Origin: Candidatus Latescibacterota bacterium
GTDB lineage: Bacteria; Latescibacterota; UBA2968
Reading direction: 5' to 3'
NCBI GenBank assembly: GCA_965198115.1
Contig: OZ240241.1
Span: 6,464,001 to 6,528,000 of the forward strand
Length of the DNA stretch: 64,000 bases
Shown: in pieces, positions 1 to 10,560 of the stretch
Layout of the letters: each line of letters starts with the position of its first letter
Numbering within the stretch: position 1 is the first letter of the stretch
Made by a program: the position numbers and the translations under genes
The notes under the pieces: generated by a model
The model's input: the letters and a program-made list of their open reading frames with translations, nothing else
Told to the model about the DNA's origin: nothing
The model's database searches: none

Positions 1-993
1 TTGCCAAACGTCGCTGGTGACGTAGTGGTCGTTGGTTTGTTGGGATGTGTACTGCAAGGCGGCTACGTCACGCGCGTAAGCGTAGTGATGATCGAGCGAG
101 CCCGCCCCGCATCCGATTTCGGACTGACCGCCGTGGACATCGCCCCAGTAGAGACGCGTCGAAGGAGGTCCGTCGTAGATGCGCGTCGGATTGCTCGTGA
201 CGAAGAGATTGCCGCTTGAGGCGCTCAGCCGGTGGACGGCTGCTTGGGTCCAGGTAACAGGGAAATCCCAGACGGGGTAACGCTTGTTCAGAGCAGGCGT
301 GGCGATTTCGACGCCGTCACCGAGGAGGATGGGGGCGTCGATGGGCGTGGCATTTTCCCAGGCGTCGACCGCGCGAACTCTGACGACCGCAGTCTCGCCG
401 AGGACGCCATCGCCGGGTGCGACGGCGATCAGACGGTCGGGAGGGCCGGGGGCGACGGTGAACCGCGGCGGATCGACAAGGCGGATCCATCGATCATTGC
501 CATCGGGATTGACGAGGAGGACGAATGCGCCATCCGGCGTTGCGAAGGTCGAAGCCTCCCAATTGGCGACCGTGACCTCGACGACATCCCCCTTCCCGAG
601 TTCGCCATCCACGACGAGAAGATCGATGTCGTGGGGCCACGGATCGAGATCGCCACGACTCTCGTAACAGATCTCGGTATGGACGTCCCCGGGCACCTGC
701 AACGTCAGAAAATTGGGGGCCTCCACATTCTCCATCTGCGGTTCGCCCCAGTCGAAGGGCCATCGCCACGCGATGCGAAGACGCGCTCCGTTACCCAACT
801 CGGTTTCGCCGATCGTCAATCGGAAAGTGACGTCGATCGACGCCCCGGCGATGATAGGGTCCGTCAGCACGGCCTCGGCCTTCCCATAGAGCCTCAGTCG
901 CTCTTCCTCAGACACCTCCGATAGGTGATAGACCTGGCCCTGCCCGGGTTTCCCGTTGCAGACGTTGGCTTGGATAAGGTGGCTATCGTTCAT
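1..993 (-). CDS. DUF3604-like / PHP-fold metallohydrolase, 3'-truncated by window edge
   Basis: Not in the ORF track because it has no stop in the window. Manual translation from ATG 993 stays open to position 1: MNDSHLIQ...RLYWGDVHGGQSEIGCGAGSLDHHYAYARDVAALQYTSQQTNDH. The YWGDxH...ARDVA...NDH pattern is typical of DUF3604/PHP-like proteins. Confidence 0.75.
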   Translation of the reverse strand, partial: MNDSHLIQANVCNGKPGQGQVYHLSEVSEEERLRLYGKAEAVLTDPIIAGASIDVTFRLTIGETELGNGARLRIAWRWPFDWGEPQMENVEAPNFLTLQVPGDVHTEICYESRGDLDPWPHDIDLLVVDGELGKGDVVEVTVANWEASTFATPDGAFVLLVNPDGNDRWIRLVDPPRFTVAPGPPDRLIAVAPGDGVLGETAVVRVRAVDAWENATPIDAPILLGDGVEIATPALNKRYPVWDFPVTWTQAAVHRLSASSGNLFVTSNPTRIYDGPPSTRLYWGDVHGGQSEIGCGAGSLDHHYAYARDVAALQYTSQQTNDHYVTSDVWQ

Positions 994-1153
994 GAAAACG
1001 GGCAGGCGGGGACTCGAGCAGGCGAAGGTGCGAGCAGGCGAAAAAGCGAACGGGCGTGGCGATTGCATCTGGTACAAGACTTTGTGACGAGGACTCCGCG
1101 CAAGCTAAGGAGGAAACCAGTGCCACGCCTGCTCTCCTGGTCGCCTGCTCGAG

Positions 1154-1936
1154 TCAGACGCGTCCTTCGAAGGATTTCCCTCGTACTTGTTTGAACGGCG
1201 GCATCTTCGGGGCGTCGGTGACCGATTCGTCTTTCCAGGAGGTGGCGCGCATGTAATGAGTGGCATAACCGCGCCTTCGTTTGCCAGACAGGTTCGCGTT
1301 GCTCTGGTGGAGTACGAGACTGTGGTGGAAGCTGATGCTGCCGCGTCTGAGCGGGGCAGGAACGACCGGCCATGCGCCGGATTCGATGTCGGAGACGAAG
1401 GGTTCGGCTCTTGGGCCGCGGATCATCCCCCAGCGATGCGTGCCGGGCGCAAAGTTGAGGCAACCGTTCTCCGGTGTGGCATCGTCGATGGCCGTCCACG
1501 CGCTAACAAGATCCTTCGGGAAGATGTCCCGCCAGGACGCCGAGTCCTGGTGCCAGCCCTGAGCGGTGCCCGTTTTGGGCGCCTTCATGAAGAGCTGATC
1601 GCCGTAGAGCTTGATGTCGTCCGTGTCGAGGAGATCGGCGATGATGTCGACGATTTTTGGATGCGTCACGTGCGACCACATCACGTCATCGTAGACGGCG
1701 AGGTTGTAGAGCTTACGGACGGCGAGGACCTGATCCTCGACCTCGCGTTCGCCCTCGCGAAAAACCCTCTCCAGCTGGATGCTCGTATCCGGGATGTACT
1801 CGGCTTTACCCGCTGCGATGAGGTCACAATGCTCGGATAGGGTATCCGCTTCGTCCGACGTCAGGACGTTCTCGACGGTCAAGTGGCCGTTCAACCTGAA
1901 GCGATCGATCTGTTCCTGGGTGAGAATTCTTGGCAT
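1154..1936 (-). CDS. Phytanoyl-CoA dioxygenase (PhyH) family Fe(II)/2-oxoglutarate oxygenase
   Basis: 260 aa; WHQD...WTAIDDATPENGCL...PGTH...FHHSLVLHQS...R motifs (HxD...H triad). Confidence 0.92.
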   Translation of the reverse strand: MPRILTQEQIDRFRLNGHLTVENVLTSDEADTLSEHCDLIAAGKAEYIPDTSIQLERVFREGEREVEDQVLAVRKLYNLAVYDDVMWSHVTHPKIVDIIADLLDTDDIKLYGDQLFMKAPKTGTAQGWHQDSASWRDIFPKDLVSAWTAIDDATPENGCLNFAPGTHRWGMIRGPRAEPFVSDIESGAWPVVPAPLRRGSISFHHSLVLHQSNANLSGKRRRGYATHYMRATSWKDESVTDAPKMPPFKQVRGKSFEGRV

Positions 1937-1972
1937 GGATGCGAATCACCTGGTAGAGAAGAGCTGAGCAGG

Positions 1973-2047
1973 GTCACTTCGAGCGGAGTCGAGAAGTCCC
2001 TTCTCACTTTGGCGATCGGCGTGTTCTCGACTCGCGCTCGAACTGAC
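1973..2047. repeat. Inverted pair of REP-like hairpins (GTCA...GAGCGGAGTCGAGAA family)
   Basis: GTCACTTCGAGCGGAGTCGAGAA at 1973-1995 and inverted TTCTCGACTCGCGCTCGAACTGAC at 2024-2047; intergenic. Confidence 0.7.
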
Positions 2048-2065
2048 GCCGCTACGTCTCATATT

Positions 2066-3091
2066 CTACGGTTCATTGCCCCACGGGTACGACTCGACAC
2101 GCAGCGATCGATCGACATCGGCGAGGTTGATGCGGGCCCCACTCTCACGCGATGAGTGGTGAATCGCGAAACCGATTTCGGTTGCCCGGCGGGCCTGGAC
2201 GACATCGCAAGCTGTTCGGTCACCACCCTGCACGACGTTGACGAGATCCTCGACCATTGCTGGCCCCGTCGGCCACTTGATCTTGGGGACAGGGACGGAT
2301 AAAGCTTCAACGCTACCAGATCCCTCCCGCCAGAGATAGGCTTCTTTCCCATCGTCTAGGATCGACAGACGGCCCTTCTCACCTGTAATGTAGAAGGTCG
2401 GTCCCTTGCCGCCGTCGGAGGTGATGTAGGCGATCAGGTCGTTGTCGAAATCGATCTGAGCACGGGAGGACGGGTCGAGCGCGCTTCGCTCATTATCCGG
2501 ATCGGGGTCATTGACGGAGCCGCTGACCCAGACCGGATCGGGATCGCCGATCAGGCCGAGCAGGGCGTCGTACCAGTGGCAACCGTGATTGATCGTGTTG
2601 GGCAGACCGTAGGCGACCAGACTCGTGACGGGGCCGATCCATTCGTCGATGTGCTCGCGGAGATGGCGATAGGAGATATCCCACCTGCGATCGAGGGCGA
2701 AACAGAGGGGAACGTTCTTGCAGGCGGATAACAGACGATCCATTTCGTCGAGCGTCGTGACGAGCGGCTTGTCACACAAGATGCCACGCACACCTGCCGC
2801 GACGGCGGCTTCCACCTGATCGGCGTGCATCGTCTGACGCGTGGCGATGCAGAGGAGATCGGGCTTCACCTCGTCGAGCATACGACTGTAGTTATCGAAG
2901 GTCGGAACATCGGGCCATACATCGGGCCACGTGGTCACGAATTCGGCGCGTTCATCCTCGCCATAGTCGAAGACACCCACGATCTCGGTGTCCGCCACCT
3001 CGTTGAATGCCGCCGCAAAGTTGTGATGGGTCAAGTCCCGCAACAGCATCCTGTGACACCCGGACACCGCCACCCTCAGCGGTTCTGCCAT
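2066..3091 (-). CDS. Gfo/Idh/MocA family oxidoreductase
   Basis: 341 aa; N-terminal Rossmann fold, ILCDKP, NHGCHWYD. Confidence 0.88.
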   Translation of the reverse strand: MAEPLRVAVSGCHRMLLRDLTHHNFAAAFNEVADTEIVGVFDYGEDERAEFVTTWPDVWPDVPTFDNYSRMLDEVKPDLLCIATRQTMHADQVEAAVAAGVRGILCDKPLVTTLDEMDRLLSACKNVPLCFALDRRWDISYRHLREHIDEWIGPVTSLVAYGLPNTINHGCHWYDALLGLIGDPDPVWVSGSVNDPDPDNERSALDPSSRAQIDFDNDLIAYITSDGGKGPTFYITGEKGRLSILDDGKEAYLWREGSGSVEALSVPVPKIKWPTGPAMVEDLVNVVQGGDRTACDVVQARRATEIGFAIHHSSRESGARINLADVDRSLRVESYPWGNEP

Positions 3092-3174
3092 AGTTGCTCC
3101 TCTGTCAATGCAGTGGGGTTGTCAGTCTCTCCTGAACACTGAACACCCGGCGCGGCCGCAGGCCGTGCCGCGCG

Positions 3175-3927
3175 CTACCCTCTTCCTATGTAGGGCATGG
3201 CCGTGGCCATGATGGTGATGAACTGGACGTTTGTGTCGAGCGGGAGGCTCGTCATGTGAACGATCGCATCGGCGACGTGCTGGACATCGAAAGTGGCCTC
3301 GGGCACCGTGTCACCGTAAGGCTGCAGGAGACCGCCTTCGCGCGTTCGGTTGGTTCGCTTGACGAGGGCGTTCCCGATATCGATCTGGCCGACGGCGATG
3401 TTGTACTTGCGGCCGTCGAGCGACGATGACTTGGTAAGGCCTGTGATGGCGTGCTTGGTCGACGTGTAGGGCGCAGAATTCGGACGTGGCACGTGCGCGG
3501 AGACCGAACCGTTGTTGACGATGCGTCCGCCTTGTGGATCCTGATCTTTCATGATGCGGAACGCCTGTTGCGTACACAGGAAAGTTCCGGTCAGGTTTGT
3601 GTCGACGACGGATTTCCACGCTTCGTAGGTAAGATCTTCGAGAAGCCCCGGTGTAGAGAATCCCGCATTGTTGAACAGAAAATCGAGACGACCGAAAGCT
3701 TTCATCACGGCGCCGAACAATGCTTCGACGTTGGATGGATCCCCGACGTCCGTGGGAACAGCGAGGCTGTTTCCACCGAAAGCCTTGATTTCGTCAACCG
3801 TCTCGTCCAACGGTTCGGGGCGCCGACCGGCGACACCGACGTCATAGCCGGCTTTGGCCAGCGAGATCGCAGTAGCCTTTCCGATTCCGGATCCACCACC
3901 CGTTACGATGGCGACTTTGTCACTCAT
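3175..3927 (-). CDS. Short-chain dehydrogenase/reductase (SDR)
   Basis: 250 aa; [17 protein letters not shown] catalytic motif. Confidence 0.95.
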   Translation of the reverse strand: MSDKVAIVTGGGSGIGKATAISLAKAGYDVGVAGRRPEPLDETVDEIKAFGGNSLAVPTDVGDPSNVEALFGAVMKAFGRLDFLFNNAGFSTPGLLEDLTYEAWKSVVDTNLTGTFLCTQQAFRIMKDQDPQGGRIVNNGSVSAHVPRPNSAPYTSTKHAITGLTKSSSLDGRKYNIAVGQIDIGNALVKRTNRTREGGLLQPYGDTVPEATFDVQHVADAIVHMTSLPLDTNVQFITIMATAMPYIGRG

Positions 3928-4016
3928 TTGTCTTCTCCTGTGTCAGAATGCGAGTTGGATTGATCGTGTAGGGGTTCATATGATGGCGAGGCTTGGCATC
4001 ATCCCGCAAGCGGTCC

Positions 4017-5390
4017 GAGCTATAATCAAAAGGTGTGGAAAAAGAGAAAGGGCGACCCTACCCTTCCCGTGAGATAGTTGATTCACACAAAACCGGGTGA
4101 GAGGCCCGGTTGGGAAGGAGGATCGCCGTGAAGGAACATACGCATAGAGCCCCATTGAAGTCCATGCCGACGTGGGAGACGGTTGACGATTGGATCCGTG
4201 AAGAGATCCAGGGCCGGTTCCAGTCCATTCTGGAGGAGGAGGCGACCGCGTTCTTGGGCCGGTCGTGGTATGAGCGCCGAGCCGAGGTCGATAGCTCCAG
4301 GGGCTACAGGAACGGCTACGGCAAGCCCCGGCGTCTCTCGACGAGCTGCGGAACGATCAAGGTCCGGCGTCCCCGGGTTCGTGGTCTGGAAGAGCGGTTT
4401 GAAAGCCGCATCCTCCCCCTGTTCGCCCGGAGAACCAGGGCCATTGGAGATCTGCTTCCCGACCTTTATCTCCACGGTCTCTCCCAGGGCGACTTCGAGT
4501 TGTCTTTGCGTGCGCTGCTCGGTGATGGCGCGCCGCTTTCGCCGACCTCGATCGCTCGTCTTCGAGGGAAGTGGGAGGTCGACTTCCAGGACTGGAAAGA
4601 AAGGCGTCTGGATAATCGCGAACTGGTCTACGCCTGGGCTGATGGCATCTACGTCAAAGCCGGGCTCGAGCGCGAGAAGGCGTGTCTGCTGGTCGTGATC
4701 GGCGCGATGAGCGACGGCAGCAAGGAGATCCTGGCGATAGAACCCGGTTATCGAGAGTCTACAGAATCCTGGCTCACGGTGCTCCGGGATCTCCGGGATC
4801 GCGGGCTCGAACATCCTGTCCTGATCGCCGCGGACGGGAATATGGGCATCTGGGCGGCCGTTGATCAGGTCTGGCCAGAGAGCCGGCAACAACGGTGCTG
4901 GAACCACAAGATCCTCAACGTGCTCGACAAGGTCGCCAAGCGTGCACAGGCTGAAGCCCGCGCACTGCTCGTCCAGATCCCCTATGCCGGCACGAAAAAG
5001 GAGGCCGAGAAGCTCCGGAAACGCTTTGCCGCACGGTATCGCTCACAGTTCCCTGCCGCCGTGGAGACGCTCGAAAGAGACTGGGATCGGATGGTCACGT
5101 TCTACGACTTCCCGAAGGAACACTGGAAACACCTGAGAACCACGAACGTCGTCGAGAGCCCCTTTGCTTCCGTTCGGCTTCGCACAAACGCCGCCAGGCG
5201 ATTCAAGAAAGTCAGGAACGCCACGACTCTCATCTGGCGTACGCTCAAGGTCGCAGAGAGCCGATTCAGGAAACTCACCGCGCCACACTTGCTACAACAA
5301 GTCTACGATCAGAAACACTCAACCGAACCGCAGGTCGAAGCCGGGAAGATGGCCGCCTGATTTCTTTTACACACCTATTGACCTGAACTC
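4017..5390 (+). mobile_element. IS256-family insertion sequence (1374 bp)
   Basis: Imperfect terminal IRs GAGCTATAATCAAAAGGTGTGGAAAA / rc GAGTTCAGGTCAATAGGTGTGTAAAA; 8-bp target duplication AGCGGTCC at 4009-4016 and 5391-5398. Confidence 0.93.
4128..5360 (+). CDS. IS256-family (mutator-type) transposase
   Basis: YRNGY, WADGIY, AADG, QRCWNHK, RTTNVVES motifs; GTG 4128 follows the AAGGAGG RBS. Confidence 0.95.
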   Translation: MKEHTHRAPLKSMPTWETVDDWIREEIQGRFQSILEEEATAFLGRSWYERRAEVDSSRGYRNGYGKPRRLSTSCGTIKVRRPRVRGLEERFESRILPLFARRTRAIGDLLPDLYLHGLSQGDFELSLRALLGDGAPLSPTSIARLRGKWEVDFQDWKERRLDNRELVYAWADGIYVKAGLEREKACLLVVIGAMSDGSKEILAIEPGYRESTESWLTVLRDLRDRGLEHPVLIAADGNMGIWAAVDQVWPESRQQRCWNHKILNVLDKVAKRAQAEARALLVQIPYAGTKKEAEKLRKRFAARYRSQFPAAVETLERDWDRMVTFYDFPKEHWKHLRTTNVVESPFASVRLRTNAARRFKKVRNATTLIWRTLKVAESRFRKLTAPHLLQQVYDQKHSTEPQVEAGKMAA

Positions 5391-5403
5391 AGCGGTCCGT
5401 GCT

Positions 5404-6480
5404 TTAAACCTGCCAACGGGTCGAAGCGGAGTGTGTGACGCCATCTTTGAGTGTGATGTAGTAGGTGGTGAAGATGTCGCCGTTCTGGAGCTGCGTGGAG
5501 ATGGGATAACCCACATCCGCCGTCGCGCTCGGAGGATTGTCTCGCAATGAACACGGTGTTCCGCCGTCGTCGCGCAGGATGATCGGGTCGCTCCACGTCT
5601 GACCTTCGTCTTCGCTGACGGCGACCCGGATGCCCATCGGATCGCGGCGGTAGCCGTAGGAGCAAAGGATGCGCCCGTCGGCCAATTTCAGGAGATGTGG
5701 TGGAAAGCCCAGGACCGTCGTGAGCAGTGGATGGGTCCACGTGCGGCCCCCATCGTCGGACCACCGTTCGAGAAGTCCCCCCTCCTCGTTTCGGGTGTGG
5801 CACAGCACGCGACCTGGAGATATCTCAAGGAAGGCGGACTCGCTGCCGTCAGCGCTCTCGGATGCACCCATGGAGATGAAGCTCCAGGTCTGACCGTCAT
5901 TGTCTGAGCGGAGGACGAAATTGTGACGATTCGATTCAGGCGTGCTACCGTAGACGGTGACGAGCAGTGTGCCGTCTGCGAGGATGGCGTGGCGTGGGAA
6001 GGACGTGATTTGCAGCACCCCAGGAACTTCCCACTCACGACGAGACCACGTCTTTCCACTGTCCTGCGAGCGTTGAACGAAGAGTCTGTGACCACCGACG
6101 ATGATCTGGTCGGAATCTGCCGGATGAGACCGAACCGCGTGACCGTGCGATTCGGCTTCGGATTGGCGATCGGCCTCCCAGACCTCCCAGCCGACGGTCC
6201 CGACGCACAGAAGCGAGCCATCGGGCAGAACGGTGGCGAGACGATCGTATATCTCCCGCGGGGTCGTCCCCGGCCACGTGTGCGGGACGGTCGGGTCGTC
6301 GGTTTCGGACCAGCTCAGTCCCTCGTCATCTGAGACCAGTACGACCCATTCGCCGATGGCGAAATGGTCGTGGAACGGCGCAACGGGGATGCCGACCGAC
6401 AAACGACCATCGACGAGCGGCATCAGGACCGGAAAGCCACAATAGTGACCTTCGCGTTTATAGATGATTGAGTGGTTCAT
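5404..6480 (-). CDS. Sialidase-like / BNR (Asp-box) beta-propeller protein
   Basis: 358 aa; five Asp-boxes (SDDEGLSW, SQDSGKTW, SDNDGQTW, SDDGGRTW, SEDEGQTW) and DVGYP. Confidence 0.88.
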   Translation of the reverse strand: MNHSIIYKREGHYCGFPVLMPLVDGRLSVGIPVAPFHDHFAIGEWVVLVSDDEGLSWSETDDPTVPHTWPGTTPREIYDRLATVLPDGSLLCVGTVGWEVWEADRQSEAESHGHAVRSHPADSDQIIVGGHRLFVQRSQDSGKTWSRREWEVPGVLQITSFPRHAILADGTLLVTVYGSTPESNRHNFVLRSDNDGQTWSFISMGASESADGSESAFLEISPGRVLCHTRNEEGGLLERWSDDGGRTWTHPLLTTVLGFPPHLLKLADGRILCSYGYRRDPMGIRVAVSEDEGQTWSDPIILRDDGGTPCSLRDNPPSATADVGYPISTQLQNGDIFTTYYITLKDGVTHSASTRWQV

Positions 6481-6530
6481 TGCGTTAACGCATTAGAGAT
6501 TTGGTTGTTGGCTTTGACTAACCCAGACAC

Positions 6531-6601
6531 ACCGTCACACTGAGCGGAGTCGAAGTGTCGGTCCCGGTGAGAGAACATCCTTCGACTCCGCTCAGGATGA
6601 C
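6531..6601. repeat. Inverted pair of REP-like hairpins (GTCACACTGAGCGGAGTCGAAG family)
   Basis: ACCGTCACACTGAGCGGAGTCGAAGTGTCGGT at 6531-6562 and inverted CCTTCGACTCCGCTCAGGATGAC at 6579-6601. Confidence 0.85.
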
Positions 6602-6653
6602 ATCGTTGATTTGGATCGACCCCCACCAGGCAGGCTCGTATTTCTGGACGTCC

Positions 6654-7079
6654 CTAGGAAGCACGATCCTCATCATACTCGATCAGCTGAAAGAAGGTTT
6701 GAATATCCTCCCGATCTTCGATGCCATACGCCTTTTTCCGATCGGCGAAGGCGGCTGAGATTCTTTCATTCTCATCCCGCCAGCCAAGTTTGGCCGTAAA
6801 CCCGTTCCAGAGTTCGATGTCGAGATCGTTTGGGCGACGTCCACTCTCGAAACACCATTCGACGACCGCGCTGTCATCTCTGCCATCGGCGATCCGACGC
6901 GTGATCTCCTCGTAGTCGACCTGAAGGAACGTGCAACACCGTCCATCGTGGCCTTTCCCGAGGTTGGGTTGATAGTCTTCGTGAAGTTCACCCTCGCGCA
7001 TCAGACGAGCTTTGTCCAACATGCGTGGCACCCAGACCAGACCGGCTTCCTTGTCGTAGGGACTGCAGGGTACTCTCAT
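6654..7079 (-). CDS. DUF5069-like domain protein
   Basis: MRVPCSPYDKEAGLVWVPRMLDKARL...YQPNLGKGHDGRCCTFLQVDY; ATG 7079 preceded by GGAGG. Confidence 0.8.
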   Translation of the reverse strand: MRVPCSPYDKEAGLVWVPRMLDKARLMREGELHEDYQPNLGKGHDGRCCTFLQVDYEEITRRIADGRDDSAVVEWCFESGRRPNDLDIELWNGFTAKLGWRDENERISAAFADRKKAYGIEDREDIQTFFQLIEYDEDRAS

Positions 7080-7179
7080 GAAACCTCCAAATTCGATTGT
7101 TCTGGCCGCGCTCGACCCCTTCCGTAACTTGGATCGGCAGCCCTTTTTCGATGGCCATGATAAGGCGGGTCTCACGGAT

Positions 7180-8292
7180 ATGCTCGTGTTTGATCAAGGG
7201 ATCATCGGTCGATGCCCCGGACGTTTTCTCGCCACACCGTGTCTGGTCGGCGTGGGCCGTGAGATGAGGTGTTTTGCGACCGTTCGCGAGCGACTGTTCG
7301 TCGGCGAAGCGGCTATAGCCAGATGCTACATCGGAGCGTGGCGGAGGGATTCGGTTGGAACGTGGGTCGAACAGGAGATGGAGTGGATTGGCGAGACGAG
7401 CGACGATGGCTACCTGTATGCACAGCCGATGGCATCTGTATTGAGTGGCGGGCGGATCGTTCTGACGACACAGCGAATCCGGGTGCCCGACGATCGTTAT
7501 CCTTCTCGATTCAATCCTTCGACACGGGGCGTTGCGCCGACGGAGGTCGTCTGGATGGAATCGCTAGACGGCGGTCGAAGCTGGACGCCACCCCGGGCTC
7601 TCCGTTTCGAAGGCTCGTGTGGGATCGATGTGAACTGCAATATCCTCGAACTGGACGACGGTGACTGGTTCTGGCCGTGTGAGAGGTGGAAGGACTGGGA
7701 AGACATATCGCCACTGCGCATTCGAGGGTTCGGTCTTCGATCGTCGGATCGCGGCGAGACGTGGCACAAGGTTCTGGATTTCCCGAGCTCATATGATGAG
7801 GATCGGATCTACTCTCACACGAAGTATGCCTCGAGGAAGGATGGGCGGCACTGTGCCCTTCATTGGACAACGAGCCCGGATATGACGCGGGACTTCGATC
7901 TACACTATGTCGAAGCCGATCCGTCTTGCACAACGTGGTCAGAACCTCGGCCGACGGGGATTCCCGGTCAGAATAGCTGGATTCTGGACCTCGGTGAGGG
8001 AAGGCTGGCCGCATCGGTGGCCGTCGGAGAAAATGACGCCGTGCAGCCGGGTGTCTACGCCTTCCTCAGCCAGGATGACGGGGTAACCTGGAATCACGAA
8101 GAAGCGACGCTGCTGTGGGGAGCGTGTGAAGGGGAACGAGAGCAGTTCCGCAGAGATTCGGATTCACTATTCCACGTCGCCTTCGGCCAGGTGGCGATTG
8201 CAGAGGATGTGGATGGCAGGCCGATCTTTGCCTGGCGATGCTTTGATGACAGTGAAGAAACCTGCGTCAGATACGCGAAACTAACGTATTGA
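7180..8292 (+). CDS. Sialidase-like / BNR (Asp-box) protein
   Basis: Asp-boxes SLDGGRSW, SSDRGETW, SQDDGVTW; start uncertain (ORF open from 7078, ATG 7180 avoids overlap with the divergent gene). Confidence 0.7.
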   Translation: MLVFDQGIIGRCPGRFLATPCLVGVGREMRCFATVRERLFVGEAAIARCYIGAWRRDSVGTWVEQEMEWIGETSDDGYLYAQPMASVLSGGRIVLTTQRIRVPDDRYPSRFNPSTRGVAPTEVVWMESLDGGRSWTPPRALRFEGSCGIDVNCNILELDDGDWFWPCERWKDWEDISPLRIRGFGLRSSDRGETWHKVLDFPSSYDEDRIYSHTKYASRKDGRHCALHWTTSPDMTRDFDLHYVEADPSCTTWSEPRPTGIPGQNSWILDLGEGRLAASVAVGENDAVQPGVYAFLSQDDGVTWNHEEATLLWGACEGEREQFRRDSDSLFHVAFGQVAIAEDVDGRPIFAWRCFDDSEETCVRYAKLTY

Positions 8293-8323
8293 TCGAATTG
8301 CGATTCGAGGAGCTTGCGCTGCG

Positions 8324-9585
8324 ATGAAAATTACGGATCTCAAGCTATTTCTCGTCAGCTATGGACATCAGTTCGATTGGGGACCGAAAGGCTACTCGCC
8401 GAATTACACGATGATCAAAATCTACACGGACGAAGGTGTCGAAGGGCTTGGCGAAGCGTTTCACAGTCTGGAGGATCCGGTCAGGGGCGCGCTGGCCAAA
8501 TACAAGCGTTGGCTGGTCGGGCAGGACCCGACAAAAGTTCTCCATAACTGGCAAGCGATCTATCGAGGTTTACGTTATCCACTGGGGACAGCCGAACTGG
8601 CGGCGTTGAGTGCAGTCGAAGTGGCGCTGTGGGACATCGCGGGGAAGTGTTGCGGCCTACCGATCTACAAGATGCTCGGGTAGTGGTTCACTTTGAAAGT
8701 GAACCACTACCGATGCTCGGGGGCCCTTGCCGTGATCGGATTCGCGCTTACCATAGCGGGACGTGGTCTCAGATGCCCGAAATCGGGCACCTGCCGGTCG
8801 AACAACAAGCGAAGGCGATCGTGGACGAGGGCTGGACAGCGATCAAGTTTCCGGTTCCGCAGGCGGAGATGAAAGGGAATCCGCCGGAGCTTACTCTAAC
8901 GTTGTCGCCGAAGTCGGCGCATCAGGAAGTGCAGGAAAAGACGGAACGGACGCGACTGATTCGGGAAGCGGTCGGGAACGATGTGGATATCTGTATCGAT
9001 TACGCGGCCCAGAACGTGAGCCCGGGACCCGTCAAGCGGCTGATCAAGGCGATCGAGCCCTATCATCCGCTCTTTATCGAAGAACCGGTGCTGTCCGAGA
9101 ATCCCGATCTGCTGGTGGAGGTAAAGGCGCAGACGAGCATCCCGATTGCGGCGGGTGAGCGAGTGGTTCATCGACCTGTTCAAGCAGGTGATCGAGAAAC
9201 GAGCGGTCGACATTATCCAGCTCGAGCCGACAGCGTGTGGGGGGATTTCGGAGACGGTAAAACGAGCGGGGACGGCTGAGCTGTATCACATTCAACTGGC
9301 GCCCCATCACGCTAGCGGGCCGGTCGCGTTGACCACGTGCGTTCACATCGATCAGTCGTTCCCAATTTCCTGATCCAGGAAATGGGCTCCGACCTGACGT
9401 CGCAGAAGTACCGGGACCTTTTCTTCGACGATATTCTGGTGATTGAGAACGGCTACATCGAACTGCCCATGAAGCCAGGTCTGGGGCTCGAGTTGAACGA
9501 GGAAGCATTGAAGGACTATCCGCCTTCGCCGTGGGATCGTCCGGTCGTCGTGCAGGCGGATGGATCGGTGGGGTTAGGGGCCTGA
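8324..9585 (+). pseudogene. Mandelate racemase/galactonate dehydratase-like enolase-superfamily gene, disrupted
   Basis: Four consecutive fragments (MKITDLK...ALWDIAGK...YKMLG; GGPCRDRIRAY...FIEEP...PIAAGER; AVDIIQ...CGGISE...APH; NFLIQE...PGLGLEL). Breaks at a 41-bp insertion (8679-8719) and frameshifts near 9170 and 9358. Confidence 0.88.
8679..8711. mobile_element. 33-bp palindromic IS-end footprint (ends-only element) with 8-bp target duplication
   Basis: GGTAGTGGTTCACTTT-G-AAAGTGAACCACTACC flanked by GATGCTCG at 8671-8678 and 8712-8719; removing it and one repeat restores YKMLGGPC in frame. Confidence 0.8.
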
Positions 9586-9605
9586 AGCCGAGGGTGTGGA
9601 GGTCT

Positions 9606-10560
9606 CTAGTCTCCGATGACCTCGGTGAGGTGACCGAAGAGCTCTCGCAAACGCGCCGTTTTTTCGGGTGGGAGTGCGGGTTTTTGCATCGAGGCGACGT
9701 TCGCATCGAGGTGGGCGATGTCGATCGTGCCGGTCATGATGGTCGAGATCGCGTCGTTTCCGGCTGAGAAGCGGTAAGCGGCGGATACGAGCGATGGCTC
9801 ATCGTCGTCGAGCAACCAACCGAGGGCGTCTTCGTCCCGAATGGCATCGTCGAGGAGACCCTGCTCCTTCAGCCGCTTGATTGTCTCGGTGAGATTCTGA
9901 GGCTGGCTAAACGCATTCCTCACGGTAAAGATGCCGATCGCACCGACGTCTTTTTCGTGGCACGTCGGGAAGACCGTCCGCTCCGCAGATTTGGTTCATC
10001 ATGTTGTAGGCCACCATGACGACCTCGACCAGGTTGTCTCCTGCGGCGGCTTCGAGCCAGGTATGTCCGCCATCCCCTCCTGAGTGTTCGGATGAGCCGA
10101 TGTGACGGACCTTTCCTTCCTGAACCAGTTGCTCGAGCGTCGGCCGAATTTCGTCGACCACCCTCGGGTAATCAAACCCACGCATCGCGCCCGCCATCAG
10201 CAGAATATCCAGTTCGTCAACCTGTAGATTTCTCAGGCTCTGTTCGACGATCTCCCTGATCTGATCGGCGGACGGCGTTTCCCGCGTATCCTCATCCATG
10301 ACGGCGAATTTTGTGGACAATGTATAGCTGTCTCGGGCCACACCTTTCAGCCCCCGACCGAGAATAAGCTCGCTGTCCCCATACCCTGGGGGCACAGCCA
10401 TATCGAAGTGGTTAATGCCGAGGTCAAGCGCGTGACGGATCAGACGGTGGATTTCGGACTCCGGAACCCCGGCATTCTGACCAAACTGGTTGTAACCTCC
10501 CGATCCGAGGGAGAGGAGGGAAATCCTGATATCAGTCCTGCCCAAACGCCGGTAGATCAT
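9606..10560 (-). pseudogene. Aldo/keto reductase, frameshifted (possibly a sequencing error)
   Basis: MIYRRLGRTDIRISLLSLG...GINHFD...YG.SE...STK...GKVRHIGSS. One extra base in the T-run at ~9990-9992 joins ORF 9907-10560 to ORF 9606-9923 (NQSAERTVFPTC...). Confidence 0.85.

Noticed and set aside
232-924. Long plus-strand ORFs such as 232-924, 16056-17141, 41080-42471 and 52708-53982
   Set aside because: These are antisense shadows of well-supported minus-strand genes in GC-rich DNA, with no recognisable motifs.
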